Shown piece by piece: positions 38,725-46,935 of a stretch of DNA of 64,000 bases. Every line of letters begins with the position of its first letter. Positions within the stretch are counted from its first letter, which is position 1. The notes beneath the pieces were generated by a model. The model was not told the DNA's origin and ran no database searches. It was given only the letters and a program-made list of their open reading frames with translations. A program made the position numbers and the translations under genes. This stretch comes from Nibricoccus sp. (GTDB lineage: Bacteria; Verrucomicrobiota; Verrucomicrobiia; Opitutales; Opitutaceae): NCBI GenBank assembly GCA_047602425.1, contig JASGHG010000001.1, forward strand, positions 1 through 64,000. The letters run 5' to 3'.

Positions 38725-38955
38725 GGGCGTTCAAAAAGGGTTTGATTTAGTACTTAAATCAAACCGCCCACCTGTCCGTTTTCCCTCGGAAAAGGCGGCT
38801 TTGCCACCGTTTTGTAACCAAAATTCCACGACAAAAACGACCCGGGCAAAACCTGTAATGCCGCCGCCCCTACAGCCAGTTTTACCCCAACCGGGGGCAC
38901 GAAATCGGCACCGCCAAGGCAACAAAAAAACGCCAAAACTTATGCTCAAATTTGT

Positions 38956-39249
38956 TGTGAATAACTTGTCGGAAAGTTGCTCTTGAAACCCCAATTCTCT
39001 TTGCTGTTACTCCCACCTCTTCCAAATCGCCTGCTTTGGTCGGAAAGTTCTTTCTCACATTTGCGCCTTCGTCCTCCAGCTGCCTCCTACGGGCCACATC
39101 ACACTCCGCTAGACATCAACAACTTAACAACGCTTTCCCTCGTGCTACCCCGCTTGATGCCTCGCCTCCCAATTTTCCCGTCGCTCTGGAGAGAAAAACG
39201 TCAGTCGCTCGTGTGCAGAACGCACCTCCCAGCCATGCTCTGTGAATAA
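38956..39249. promoter_or_regulatory. DnaA boxes in the dnaA upstream region
   Basis: TGTGAATAA (reverse complement TTATTCACA) at 38956-38964 and 39241-39249; weaker TGTGCAGAA at 39212-39220; all in the same orientation. Confidence 0.7.
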
Positions 39250-39277
39250 TTCTTTGTTTCAGCTTGTTTCATCGGAC

Positions 39278-40693
39278 ATGTCCACCCTCTCCACACTTCC
39301 CAGTAGCAACCTCTGGGAAACCGTAAAAAGCGACTTTAAAGGCCTCTTCCCTGAGGATGTTTTTAAACTCTGGTTTGAACCCATCGTCTGCCTCGAGCTC
39401 AACGAGGATCACCTCACCTTGGGCGTACCCAACGACTTCGCCGCGATCTGGATCAACGACAATTACCTCGACCTGATCACCCAGCGTCTTCGCCTCAGCA
39501 CCGGACGCGCAATCACGGTCAAGCTCAAGAAGACCGACCACGCCCACACCTCGTCGCCGTTCCAGAAAGATTCGCACAACAACGGCGCTGCTGCCACCGC
39601 ACCAGCCCGCACCAGCAATGGAACCAGCCGGCGCGCCGGCCGTACCGGCACTGACGAACGCACGCCCGGCACCGGCACGCTCAATCCGCGCAACACCTTC
39701 GAGACTTTCGTTGTCGGCAACAACAACCAGATGGCCCACGCCGCTTCCCTCGCGGTCGCACAGGCCCCTGCGCAGGCCTACAATCCTCTTTTCATCTACG
39801 GCGACACCGGCCTCGGCAAGACGCACCTCATGCATGCGATCGGCCACGCCATCCAGAAGAATAACCCGCACGCCAAGGTCGCTTATCTCTCGACGGAGAA
39901 ATTCACCAACGAATTCATCCAGGCCCTGACCGAGAACGCCCTCCCGAAATTCCGTCAGCGCTACCGCAGTGTCGACGTGCTCCTCCTCGATGACGTTCAG
40001 TTCCTCAGCAACAAGGAGCGCATCCAGGAAGAGTTCTTCCATACCTTTAACGAACTGTTCGAATCCTCCAAACAGATCGTCCTCTCCAGCGACCGCCGCG
40101 CCTCCGAGATCGCCAAGCTCGAAGCCCGCCTCGTCTCCCGCTTCGAATGGGGTCTACCCGCCGATATCCAGGCGCCCGACTTCGAAACCCGCGTCGCGAT
40201 CCTGCGCACCAAGGCCGCCAACCTGAAGTTCGAGCTGCCCGCGCCCGTCGCCACCTTCATCGCGCAAAACATTTCCAAGAACATCCGTCGCCTAGAAGGC
40301 GCGCTGATCAAGGTCGCCAGCTACACCACCCTCACCGGCAAGGGCATCGACCTCCCCACAACCGAGATGCTTTTGCAGGACGTCCTCATGGAGCAGGCCC
40401 AAAACCAGCTCACGATGGAGACGATCCAGAAACGCGTGGCCGACCACTACCAGATTCGCCACAGCGACATGACGAGCAAGCGCCGTCCAAACAACATCGC
40501 CATTCCCCGCCAGATCGCGATGTACCTCGCCCGCACGCTCACCAAACACTCCCTCCAGGAAATCGGCGACGCCTTTGGCGGCCGCGATCACGGCACCGTG
40601 ATCCACGCCTGCAAGGCGGTCGACAACATGATGGAACAGGATTCCACCGTCCGCGGCAGCGTCGAGTTTCTGAAAAACCAGCTCAGCCGCTGA
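39278..40693 (+). CDS. dnaA: Chromosomal replication initiator DnaA
   Basis: YNPLFIYGDTGLGKTHL, LLDDVQF, QEEFFHTFN, SRFEWGL, IGDAFGGRDHGTVIHA; ATG 39278 preferred to GTG 39242. Confidence 0.97.
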   Translation: MSTLSTLPSSNLWETVKSDFKGLFPEDVFKLWFEPIVCLELNEDHLTLGVPNDFAAIWINDNYLDLITQRLRLSTGRAITVKLKKTDHAHTSSPFQKDSHNNGAAATAPARTSNGTSRRAGRTGTDERTPGTGTLNPRNTFETFVVGNNNQMAHAASLAVAQAPAQAYNPLFIYGDTGLGKTHLMHAIGHAIQKNNPHAKVAYLSTEKFTNEFIQALTENALPKFRQRYRSVDVLLLDDVQFLSNKERIQEEFFHTFNELFESSKQIVLSSDRRASEIAKLEARLVSRFEWGLPADIQAPDFETRVAILRTKAANLKFELPAPVATFIAQNISKNIRRLEGALIKVASYTTLTGKGIDLPTTEMLLQDVLMEQAQNQLTMETIQKRVADHYQIRHSDMTSKRRPNNIAIPRQIAMYLARTLTKHSLQEIGDAFGGRDHGTVIHACKAVDNMMEQDSTVRGSVEFLKNQLSR

Positions 40694-40709
40694 TTCGCAG
40701 AGAGGCGCG

Positions 40710-40735
40710 GGGCGTAGTCTTTGCTACGTCCTTTT
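40710..40735 (+). terminator. Probable dnaA terminator
   Basis: GGGCGTAGT-CTTT-GCTACGTCC-TTTT. Confidence 0.55.
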
Positions 40736-40918
40736 CCGTGCAGATTGTTTCGGCCGTTGCCGAAAGCCCGCGCTCGTTGCATCGGATTGCGTTCACGATA
40801 GTGCTAAAGGCATGTCGGTGATTTATCTCGTCGCTGGACCTAACTATTCGAGCCCTCCGTCGCATCGCGTCCCAGCACCCTCGCGAGGGATTCGTCCTCA
40901 CGGCCAACCACGCTCAGC

Positions 40919-40947
40919 AAAAAGGCCTCACACGTTGTGTGAGGCCT
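40919..40947 (-). terminator. Terminator of the lectin gene
   Basis: AAAAAGGCCTCACAC-GTT-GTGTGAGGCCT. Confidence 0.75.
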
Positions 40948-40972
40948 AGGAGTTCATTCAAGTTTAGCAGTA

Positions 40973-41965
40973 TCAACCTCTGATACCTGTGTTCCACAAG
41001 AAGTACCAGTTGGTGGCATATATGACCAGATTGCCGTCACCTTGCATGACCAACATGGCGTCTGGATGCCCTTGGGTGGCGGTATGCCAAAGCCATTGGT
41101 ATTCCGTGTGAGTGCCTTCGGTCGGCACCCATACCCACTCCCAATCGCCTATGTCTTCGTTATACTGATATTCCCAATTGCCGTTTTGCGCCTCCCAAGT
41201 GCGATAAACGCAGAGATTCCCGTCGCCTTGCAGGACGCACAGGTTGGCGCCTCTGTTTTCAGTATTCGAAGCCCAAAGGCCGCGCATATCCCCAGTACGA
41301 TAAAGCACAAAGTTTCCGTCGCCTTGGAAAATCGCTATATACCGTTCGTCCTCGGACAACAGGCAGTCGTTCGCGTGCAAGACTGTGTTGGCAAAAATCC
41401 TATCGCCGATCACATTGCCCCAGCTCCGTGGATCTTTCCGGCCGGTCTGCCACAGCACATTGCCGGAACCATCGCAGAGCACCAGATTGCTGTCATCCTG
41501 GATCACGAGCCTGGCATCTGAATGCCCCCACGTGCCCGTCTGCCAGACAACCTGATTTTCGACGTGGGTACCCGTGACGACCCAGACATAATCCCAATAG
41601 CCATATTCCCAGATATACTGATAGTCCCAATAGCCGTCTTCGACTTCAACATCCGCGCTAATCGCCAGATTACCACTGGACTGAAACGTGAGCGTTTGCC
41701 CCGTCCACCAGAAGGTCCCGGAAGACCAGAGCGTACGCGCAAAGGGAATGCGGTCGAACACCAATTCTCCGTTCCTCCATCCGACTTTGTAGTTTCCATT
41801 CGGCGACTGTATATAGTCGCCGTTGTCCAACCCCACTCCACCGGCGTACAGAGTGTTACCCAGATTCTGATCCGTGGCGTATGCGTTGCTCGTTACTAAC
41901 AGCGATGCACCGGCAAAAAGGCACAGTGCAAGCGACTCCCTCCATCTATTTGTGATAGTTGCCAT
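40973..41965 (-). CDS. Secreted tandem bulb-type (GNA/B-lectin) domain protein
   Basis: Signal peptide ending AYA; QxDxNxVxY-like motifs QDDSNLVLC, QGDGNFVLY, QGDGNLCVY, QGDGNLVIY. Confidence 0.85.
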   Translation of the reverse strand: MATITNRWRESLALCLFAGASLLVTSNAYATDQNLGNTLYAGGVGLDNGDYIQSPNGNYKVGWRNGELVFDRIPFARTLWSSGTFWWTGQTLTFQSSGNLAISADVEVEDGYWDYQYIWEYGYWDYVWVVTGTHVENQVVWQTGTWGHSDARLVIQDDSNLVLCDGSGNVLWQTGRKDPRSWGNVIGDRIFANTVLHANDCLLSEDERYIAIFQGDGNFVLYRTGDMRGLWASNTENRGANLCVLQGDGNLCVYRTWEAQNGNWEYQYNEDIGDWEWVWVPTEGTHTEYQWLWHTATQGHPDAMLVMQGDGNLVIYATNWYFLWNTGIRG

Positions 41966-42120
41966 AGCTCTGGCAGTCGATTGAACACGCCGCATTTTCT
42001 CAATTTGTTTCTCTACCCTGTTTCGGGTAGCTCGCCGAAACTCAGTTCATCGGAAAAAACGCCTCGCTCGGAGACGTCGCGACAGATCACAAGCGGAACT
42101 GCGTCGCTCGCCGATTGGGT

Positions 42121-43239
42121 TTATTTTCGCTTTAGCACCCGGATCCGATGGGCTTCGCTGTCGCCGATGTAGACCGAACCATCGGTATCTGCAAAAATGC
42201 CGTGCAATCGATTGAATGCACATGCGAGAGGGTTGCCGTCGGAGCCGTCGCCTTTGACACCGGCGCCCGCAATCAATTCCAATTTGCCGGTTCGGGTGTC
42301 GATCATACGCACACTGTGACTTTCCGTATCGGCCAGCCAAACGTTGCCATCGCGATCGAGGGCAAGCCCTTTGGGACCGCTGAGGGTCGCTTCACGCGCC
42401 GGACCGCCGTTGCCGGTGAAACCTTTTTGTCCATTGCCCGCCACGAGCCAGATTTTTCCGGTCTTCAAATCGAAGCGGAAGACTTGGTTCCCTTCGCGCG
42501 TCGCCAGCCAAAGATCTCCCGCGTGATCGAAATCCAGCGTACGCGGATTGTTCAACGGCGTTCCCGCAATCGGCGAGCCATCCGGAGTCGCTCCCGGTTT
42601 TCCAGTTCCGGCAAAGGTCGTAATGATTCCCGTGCGCGCATCGATTCGCCGAACCACATGATTAGCTACATCGCAAACAAAGAGATCGCCGCTCGGATTG
42701 AATTGCAGGCTGTGCGGACCGTTGAACAACGCGTCCGTCGCCGCACCGCCGTCGCCAGCATATCCGCGTTTCCCTCCCTGCCCTGCCACCGTCGTAATTA
42801 TGCCTGTTTTCAAATCGATGCGGCGGATGACTTGGTTAGCGGTATCGGCGATGAAAAGATTCCCAGCGGCATCGAATCGCAATTCATGCGGCAGATTGAG
42901 CATCGCCTCCCGCGCCGAGCCTCCATCACCGGAAAAACCAGCCTGGCCTGTTCCCGCGATGGTGCTGATCGTGCCGTCGCGAGCGATTCGCCGAATGCGA
43001 TGCCCGGCATGTTCACAAAACCACAGCGCACCGTCGGGTCCGCGCACCAAGCCGTAGGGATCGTTGATCTTCGCCTCTTTCGCCGAACCTCCATCGCCGC
43101 TGAAACCAGCCATGCCTGTGCCGGCCACGCTCTCAATCGTCCAATCGCCCGCTCGGAGCGACAAAAACGAACCAATAAATACAACACACAACGCCAGCCA
43201 TCCGTATGGCGACCGGTTGAAAGGGACTTTTTTGGGCAT
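42121..43239 (-). CDS. Secreted NHL-repeat (six-blade beta-propeller) protein
   Basis: Repeats of AGTG.AGFSGDGG.A.EA.LN.P..L..D..GNL.IAD...H.IR. Confidence 0.9.
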   Translation of the reverse strand: MPKKVPFNRSPYGWLALCVVFIGSFLSLRAGDWTIESVAGTGMAGFSGDGGSAKEAKINDPYGLVRGPDGALWFCEHAGHRIRRIARDGTISTIAGTGQAGFSGDGGSAREAMLNLPHELRFDAAGNLFIADTANQVIRRIDLKTGIITTVAGQGGKRGYAGDGGAATDALFNGPHSLQFNPSGDLFVCDVANHVVRRIDARTGIITTFAGTGKPGATPDGSPIAGTPLNNPRTLDFDHAGDLWLATREGNQVFRFDLKTGKIWLVAGNGQKGFTGNGGPAREATLSGPKGLALDRDGNVWLADTESHSVRMIDTRTGKLELIAGAGVKGDGSDGNPLACAFNRLHGIFADTDGSVYIGDSEAHRIRVLKRK

Positions 43240-43274
43240 CGGTAGAAATATTCATGCCCCGTCGAATTTCAACT

Positions 43275-45512
43275 TTACGTCAGATTCGTTGGATCGACGT
43301 CGATCACCTGAATCACGTCGTCAGGCCAGGTGAAGTCGGCGCGAAGCTTCGTTAGTTCGGCCACCACTTTTGTCACGGTTGCGGTGAAATACCAGAGCTG
43401 CCAGCGGTATTCGTCTTTGATCTTTTCGATGGGCGACGGCGATGGGCCGCGAAGCTCGACTTTGTCGCCGAGCGCGGTCTCGACACGTTTGGCCCATTGT
43501 TCGGCGTAGAACTTCAACTTCTCAGGATTCGGGCCGCGGAAGATGTGGTGAATCAAATGGCGGTAAGGAGGGTACTTGAAATCGTGCCGCATCTTCAGCT
43601 CGGCTTCGGCGAAACCGACGAAATCGGCGTGGCGCGAAAATTGGATCGCCTCGGCTTGAGGCGTGAAAGTTTGCACGACGACTTCCCCTGCCCGGTCGCC
43701 GCGGCCCGAACGGCCCGCCACCTGCACAAGGAGTTGGAAGGTTCGTTCGTTGGCGCGGAAATCCGGAATATGCATCGAGATGTCGGCATCAACCAGGCCG
43801 ACGAGCGTGACGTTCGGGAAATCGAGACCTTTGCCGATCATCTGTGTACCGACAAGGACGTCGATCTTGCCGGCGCGGAAATGTCCGAGGACTTCACGAA
43901 AGCGGTTTTTCTTGGACATGGTGTCGGTGTCCATGCGTTCGATCGTGGCACGCGGGAGGACGCGGCGGACGGCTTCTTCGACACGTTGCGTGCCGAGACC
44001 ACGCCAGCGGATTTTCGGCGAGCGACATTTCGGACAGACCATCGGCGCGTTGCGCTCGGCGCCACACAGATGGCAGCGGAGTTTTTCGTCGGTCCGATGG
44101 TAAGTCATCGAGATGCTGCAATGCTCGCACTCCTCCACGTGGCCGCATTCGGTGCACATCATCGAGGACGAATAGCCGCGACGATTAATGAAAAGGATCG
44201 TCTGTTCCTTGCGCTCGAAACGCGCCTGCATGGCGTCGACGAGTTTTCGCGACAACGTGGTCAGGCCGCGCGAGCGCATGATCTCGATGCGCATGTCGAC
44301 AATGTTGATCGCCGGCAGCGCACGGGAGTCGACGCGTTGCGTGAGTTGCAGCAACCGGTATTTGCCAGAGCGAGCGTTGGAGTAGGTTTCGAGCGACGGC
44401 GTGGCGGAGCCGAGCAGGCAGAGCGCACCGGCGAGCTTCGCGCGCATGACGGCAACATCGCGGCCGTGGTAGCGCGGCGTTTCGTCCTGCTTGTAGGCGG
44501 GCTCGTGCTCTTCGTCGACGACGATGAGGCGCAAGTCGCGCACCGGGGCGAAAATGGCCGAACGAGCTCCCACCACCACGCGGGCTTCGCCGGTGGCGAG
44601 CGCGAGCCAGCCGTCAAAACGCTCGCCTTCGCTGAGATGACTGTGCCAGACGACAGTTTTGTGATTGGGCGCGATGGCTTCGAGACGTCCACGGAGGCGC
44701 GCGACAGTTTGCGGCGTGAGCGCGACCTCGGGCACGAGAAAAATCACGCCGCCTCCGGCCGCGAGCGCGTCGTGAATCGCGCGGAGATAAACCTCGGTCT
44801 TGCCGGAACCGGTGACGCCATGGAGGAGCGTGACGCCAAACTTGTTTTCGGCAAGGCTCGCGGTCAGGGCGTTGCCGGCGGCGAGTTGTTCGGCGTTCAA
44901 CTGCGGAGGATGGGCGGCAACAATTTCGCCGGTAGCCCAGTCATCGGCGTAAGCCACGCGTTCGACGCGTTGCGTGATCTCGCGAATGGCGCCGCGTTTC
45001 ACAAGTGCGTTGACGACGGCGGCGGTGGCACCGAGGCGGTCGAGCACGAGGGATTTTTTCTGCGGTTTGAACTGCTGCGCGAGAAATTGGTACAGCTTCG
45101 CCTGTTGAGGGGCGCGTTTGGCGATTTTTTCGAGTTCGTCAGGCGAAAGTTTATTGGCGATGGCGAGAAGTTTTTCCTCCTTGATGCCGGCGCCGTGGCG
45201 GACGGGCGCTGGCAACATCGTTTCGATCACGGCGTCGAGCGGGCATGCGTAGTAGGCGGACATCCAGCGGGCGAGTTCGAGCAGGTCGCCCGTGAGCGCC
45301 GGGAACGAGTAGATGAGTTGCGCGACGAGTTTGAGTTTTTCGACAGGGAAATCCTTCGGCGCGCCGATCTCGCCGACGAGGCCGAGGTGCATGCGATTGA
45401 CGATCGGTACGCGCACGAGCGATCCGACCTGCATGTCCGCCCGCATGTGCTCCGGCACGCGGTAGTGCAGGAGTTTATCGAAGCCCGCGAGCGGATGGAC
45501 GCCGACGATCAT
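43275..45512 (-). CDS. priA: Primosomal protein N' (replication restart helicase)
   Basis: GVTGSGKTEVY, DEEHE, SATPS, NRRGY, CxxC zinc motifs, GTQMIGKGLDFP, QVAGRSGR. Confidence 0.97.
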   Translation of the reverse strand: MIVGVHPLAGFDKLLHYRVPEHMRADMQVGSLVRVPIVNRMHLGLVGEIGAPKDFPVEKLKLVAQLIYSFPALTGDLLELARWMSAYYACPLDAVIETMLPAPVRHGAGIKEEKLLAIANKLSPDELEKIAKRAPQQAKLYQFLAQQFKPQKKSLVLDRLGATAAVVNALVKRGAIREITQRVERVAYADDWATGEIVAAHPPQLNAEQLAAGNALTASLAENKFGVTLLHGVTGSGKTEVYLRAIHDALAAGGGVIFLVPEVALTPQTVARLRGRLEAIAPNHKTVVWHSHLSEGERFDGWLALATGEARVVVGARSAIFAPVRDLRLIVVDEEHEPAYKQDETPRYHGRDVAVMRAKLAGALCLLGSATPSLETYSNARSGKYRLLQLTQRVDSRALPAINIVDMRIEIMRSRGLTTLSRKLVDAMQARFERKEQTILFINRRGYSSSMMCTECGHVEECEHCSISMTYHRTDEKLRCHLCGAERNAPMVCPKCRSPKIRWRGLGTQRVEEAVRRVLPRATIERMDTDTMSKKNRFREVLGHFRAGKIDVLVGTQMIGKGLDFPNVTLVGLVDADISMHIPDFRANERTFQLLVQVAGRSGRGDRAGEVVVQTFTPQAEAIQFSRHADFVGFAEAELKMRHDFKYPPYRHLIHHIFRGPNPEKLKFYAEQWAKRVETALGDKVELRGPSPSPIEKIKDEYRWQLWYFTATVTKVVAELTKLRADFTWPDDVIQVIDVDPTNLT

Positions 45513-45539
45513 GCGAAAGTATCGTTTGGTTCGTGCAGG

Positions 45540-46823
45540 TCAGCGTTTCGCCAGTTCGGCGCGGACGATTTCCAAGGTGCGAGCGACGGCGCCTTGATTG
45601 GCGCGGTGCCAGGCGAGCGCGGCGGCGGACATGGCTTCACGTTTGGCGGCATCGCGAAAAATTTCCTGTGCGGCTTCCGCGAGTTCGGTGTCGTTGGTGA
45701 CGACCTTGGCGGCGCCGCCACTTTTGAGTTCGCTGGCAATCGCGACGAAATTCGTCATGCCCGGACCGAAGAGCAGTGGTTTCCCCAACGCAGCAGCCTC
45801 AACCGGCGTCTGGCCTTGTTCGTGAGGCGGCAGGCTTTTGCCGACAAAAACCACGTCGGCCAGCTGCGTGAGTTTGCGCAGTTCGCCCGTGGTGTCGGCG
45901 ACGCAGATTTCGACGGGCGACGGCGAGGCTCCGCGCGAACGAAAATGATAACGGCACCCGCTGGCACGCACGTCGGTTTCGACTTCGGCGCGACGCTCCG
46001 CATGGCGGGGAACAATCAACAACCGACAATCCAGCCCGCCCTCGCGCAACATCTTCCACGCCTGCACGAGCGCGCGTTCCTCGCCCGGCCACGTAGAGGA
46101 GCCGAGCAGGATTGGTTCGTTGGCAAAACCGAGTTCCGCGCGAAGCTTCGTCTTGTCGGCGTCGCTGAGCGGCGGAATGGTTAGGTCGAGTTTGATGTTG
46201 CCCGTGGTGGAAATACGCTCGGCCGGAAAACCCAACTCGCGAAAGCGCGCGGCATCGTGCTCCGAACAGGGCAAAACGCGCGTGATGCCGTCCAGCATCG
46301 CCCTCGCAGCGCCGGGCCATTTTTTCATGCGGCCGTAGCTCACGTCGGAAAGCCGGGCATTGATGCACAGCACCGGGACACCGCGCGCCCGAGCTTGTTG
46401 GATATGTTCGGGCCAGCGTTCGCCCTCGGTAATAATAACCAAGTCGGGCAAAACCTTGCGCCACGAGCGCGCCGAAAAGAGCCACCAGTCGATTGGAAAG
46501 TACCCGATGCCAATCGTCGCCTCACGATACCGTTCCTCGGCGAGTTTGAAACCCGTGCTTGTCGTGGTCGTGAGATAGACTTCCACGGTGGGATCTTTTT
46601 TCAACGCCTCCAGAATCGGCGCGATCGCGAGCATTTCGCCGACGCTGACTGCCTGCAGCCAGATGCGCCGCACGCCGGACTTTTTTGCGCTTAACGGTTG
46701 GACAGCACCAAACCGCTGCGTAAAGTGCCGGCCATAACCGCCACGCCGCTTCATCCGAAGCAGATAGTAGGGAGAGGCGAACACCAGCGCAGGTAAAAAC
46801 AAAATTCGGTAAAGCCAGATCAT
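45540..46823 (-). CDS. waaA: 3-deoxy-D-manno-octulosonic acid transferase
   Basis: IWLQAVSVGE, INARLS, GNIKLD, VPRHAER, DTTGEL, GQTPVEAA. Confidence 0.93.
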   Translation of the reverse strand: MIWLYRILFLPALVFASPYYLLRMKRRGGYGRHFTQRFGAVQPLSAKKSGVRRIWLQAVSVGEMLAIAPILEALKKDPTVEVYLTTTTSTGFKLAEERYREATIGIGYFPIDWWLFSARSWRKVLPDLVIITEGERWPEHIQQARARGVPVLCINARLSDVSYGRMKKWPGAARAMLDGITRVLPCSEHDAARFRELGFPAERISTTGNIKLDLTIPPLSDADKTKLRAELGFANEPILLGSSTWPGEERALVQAWKMLREGGLDCRLLIVPRHAERRAEVETDVRASGCRYHFRSRGASPSPVEICVADTTGELRKLTQLADVVFVGKSLPPHEQGQTPVEAAALGKPLLFGPGMTNFVAIASELKSGGAAKVVTNDTELAEAAQEIFRDAAKREAMSAAALAWHRANQGAVARTLEIVRAELAKR

Positions 46824-46935
46824 GAAACATCACTATTCGCCGCGAGTCACAGCTTGGGCGCAAGCGCATGTTGCATTTGCCAACACATTTAACTTTTTGC
46901 CTTCCCGCCAAATTTTTGCCGCCATCCTCTCCTCC

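Noticed and set aside
32300..40700. Strong C-over-G bias as a replication-origin skew signal
   Set aside because: The bias follows the coding strand (it reverses in minus-strand genes), so it reflects C-ending codon preference
43497..46184. 895-aa + strand ORF, and similar long antisense ORFs such as 20222-22015, 3829-4875, 37152-38669 and 51301-52536
   Set aside because: Shadow or alternate-frame ORFs over clear genes (priA/waaA, TBDR, GH115, ispG, MCP); expected in high-GC DNA and without motifs
46822..46935. Head-to-head overlap of waaA and the M16 peptidase
   Set aside because: A peptidase start at 46936/46945 gives a normal signal peptide and leaves a promoter gap
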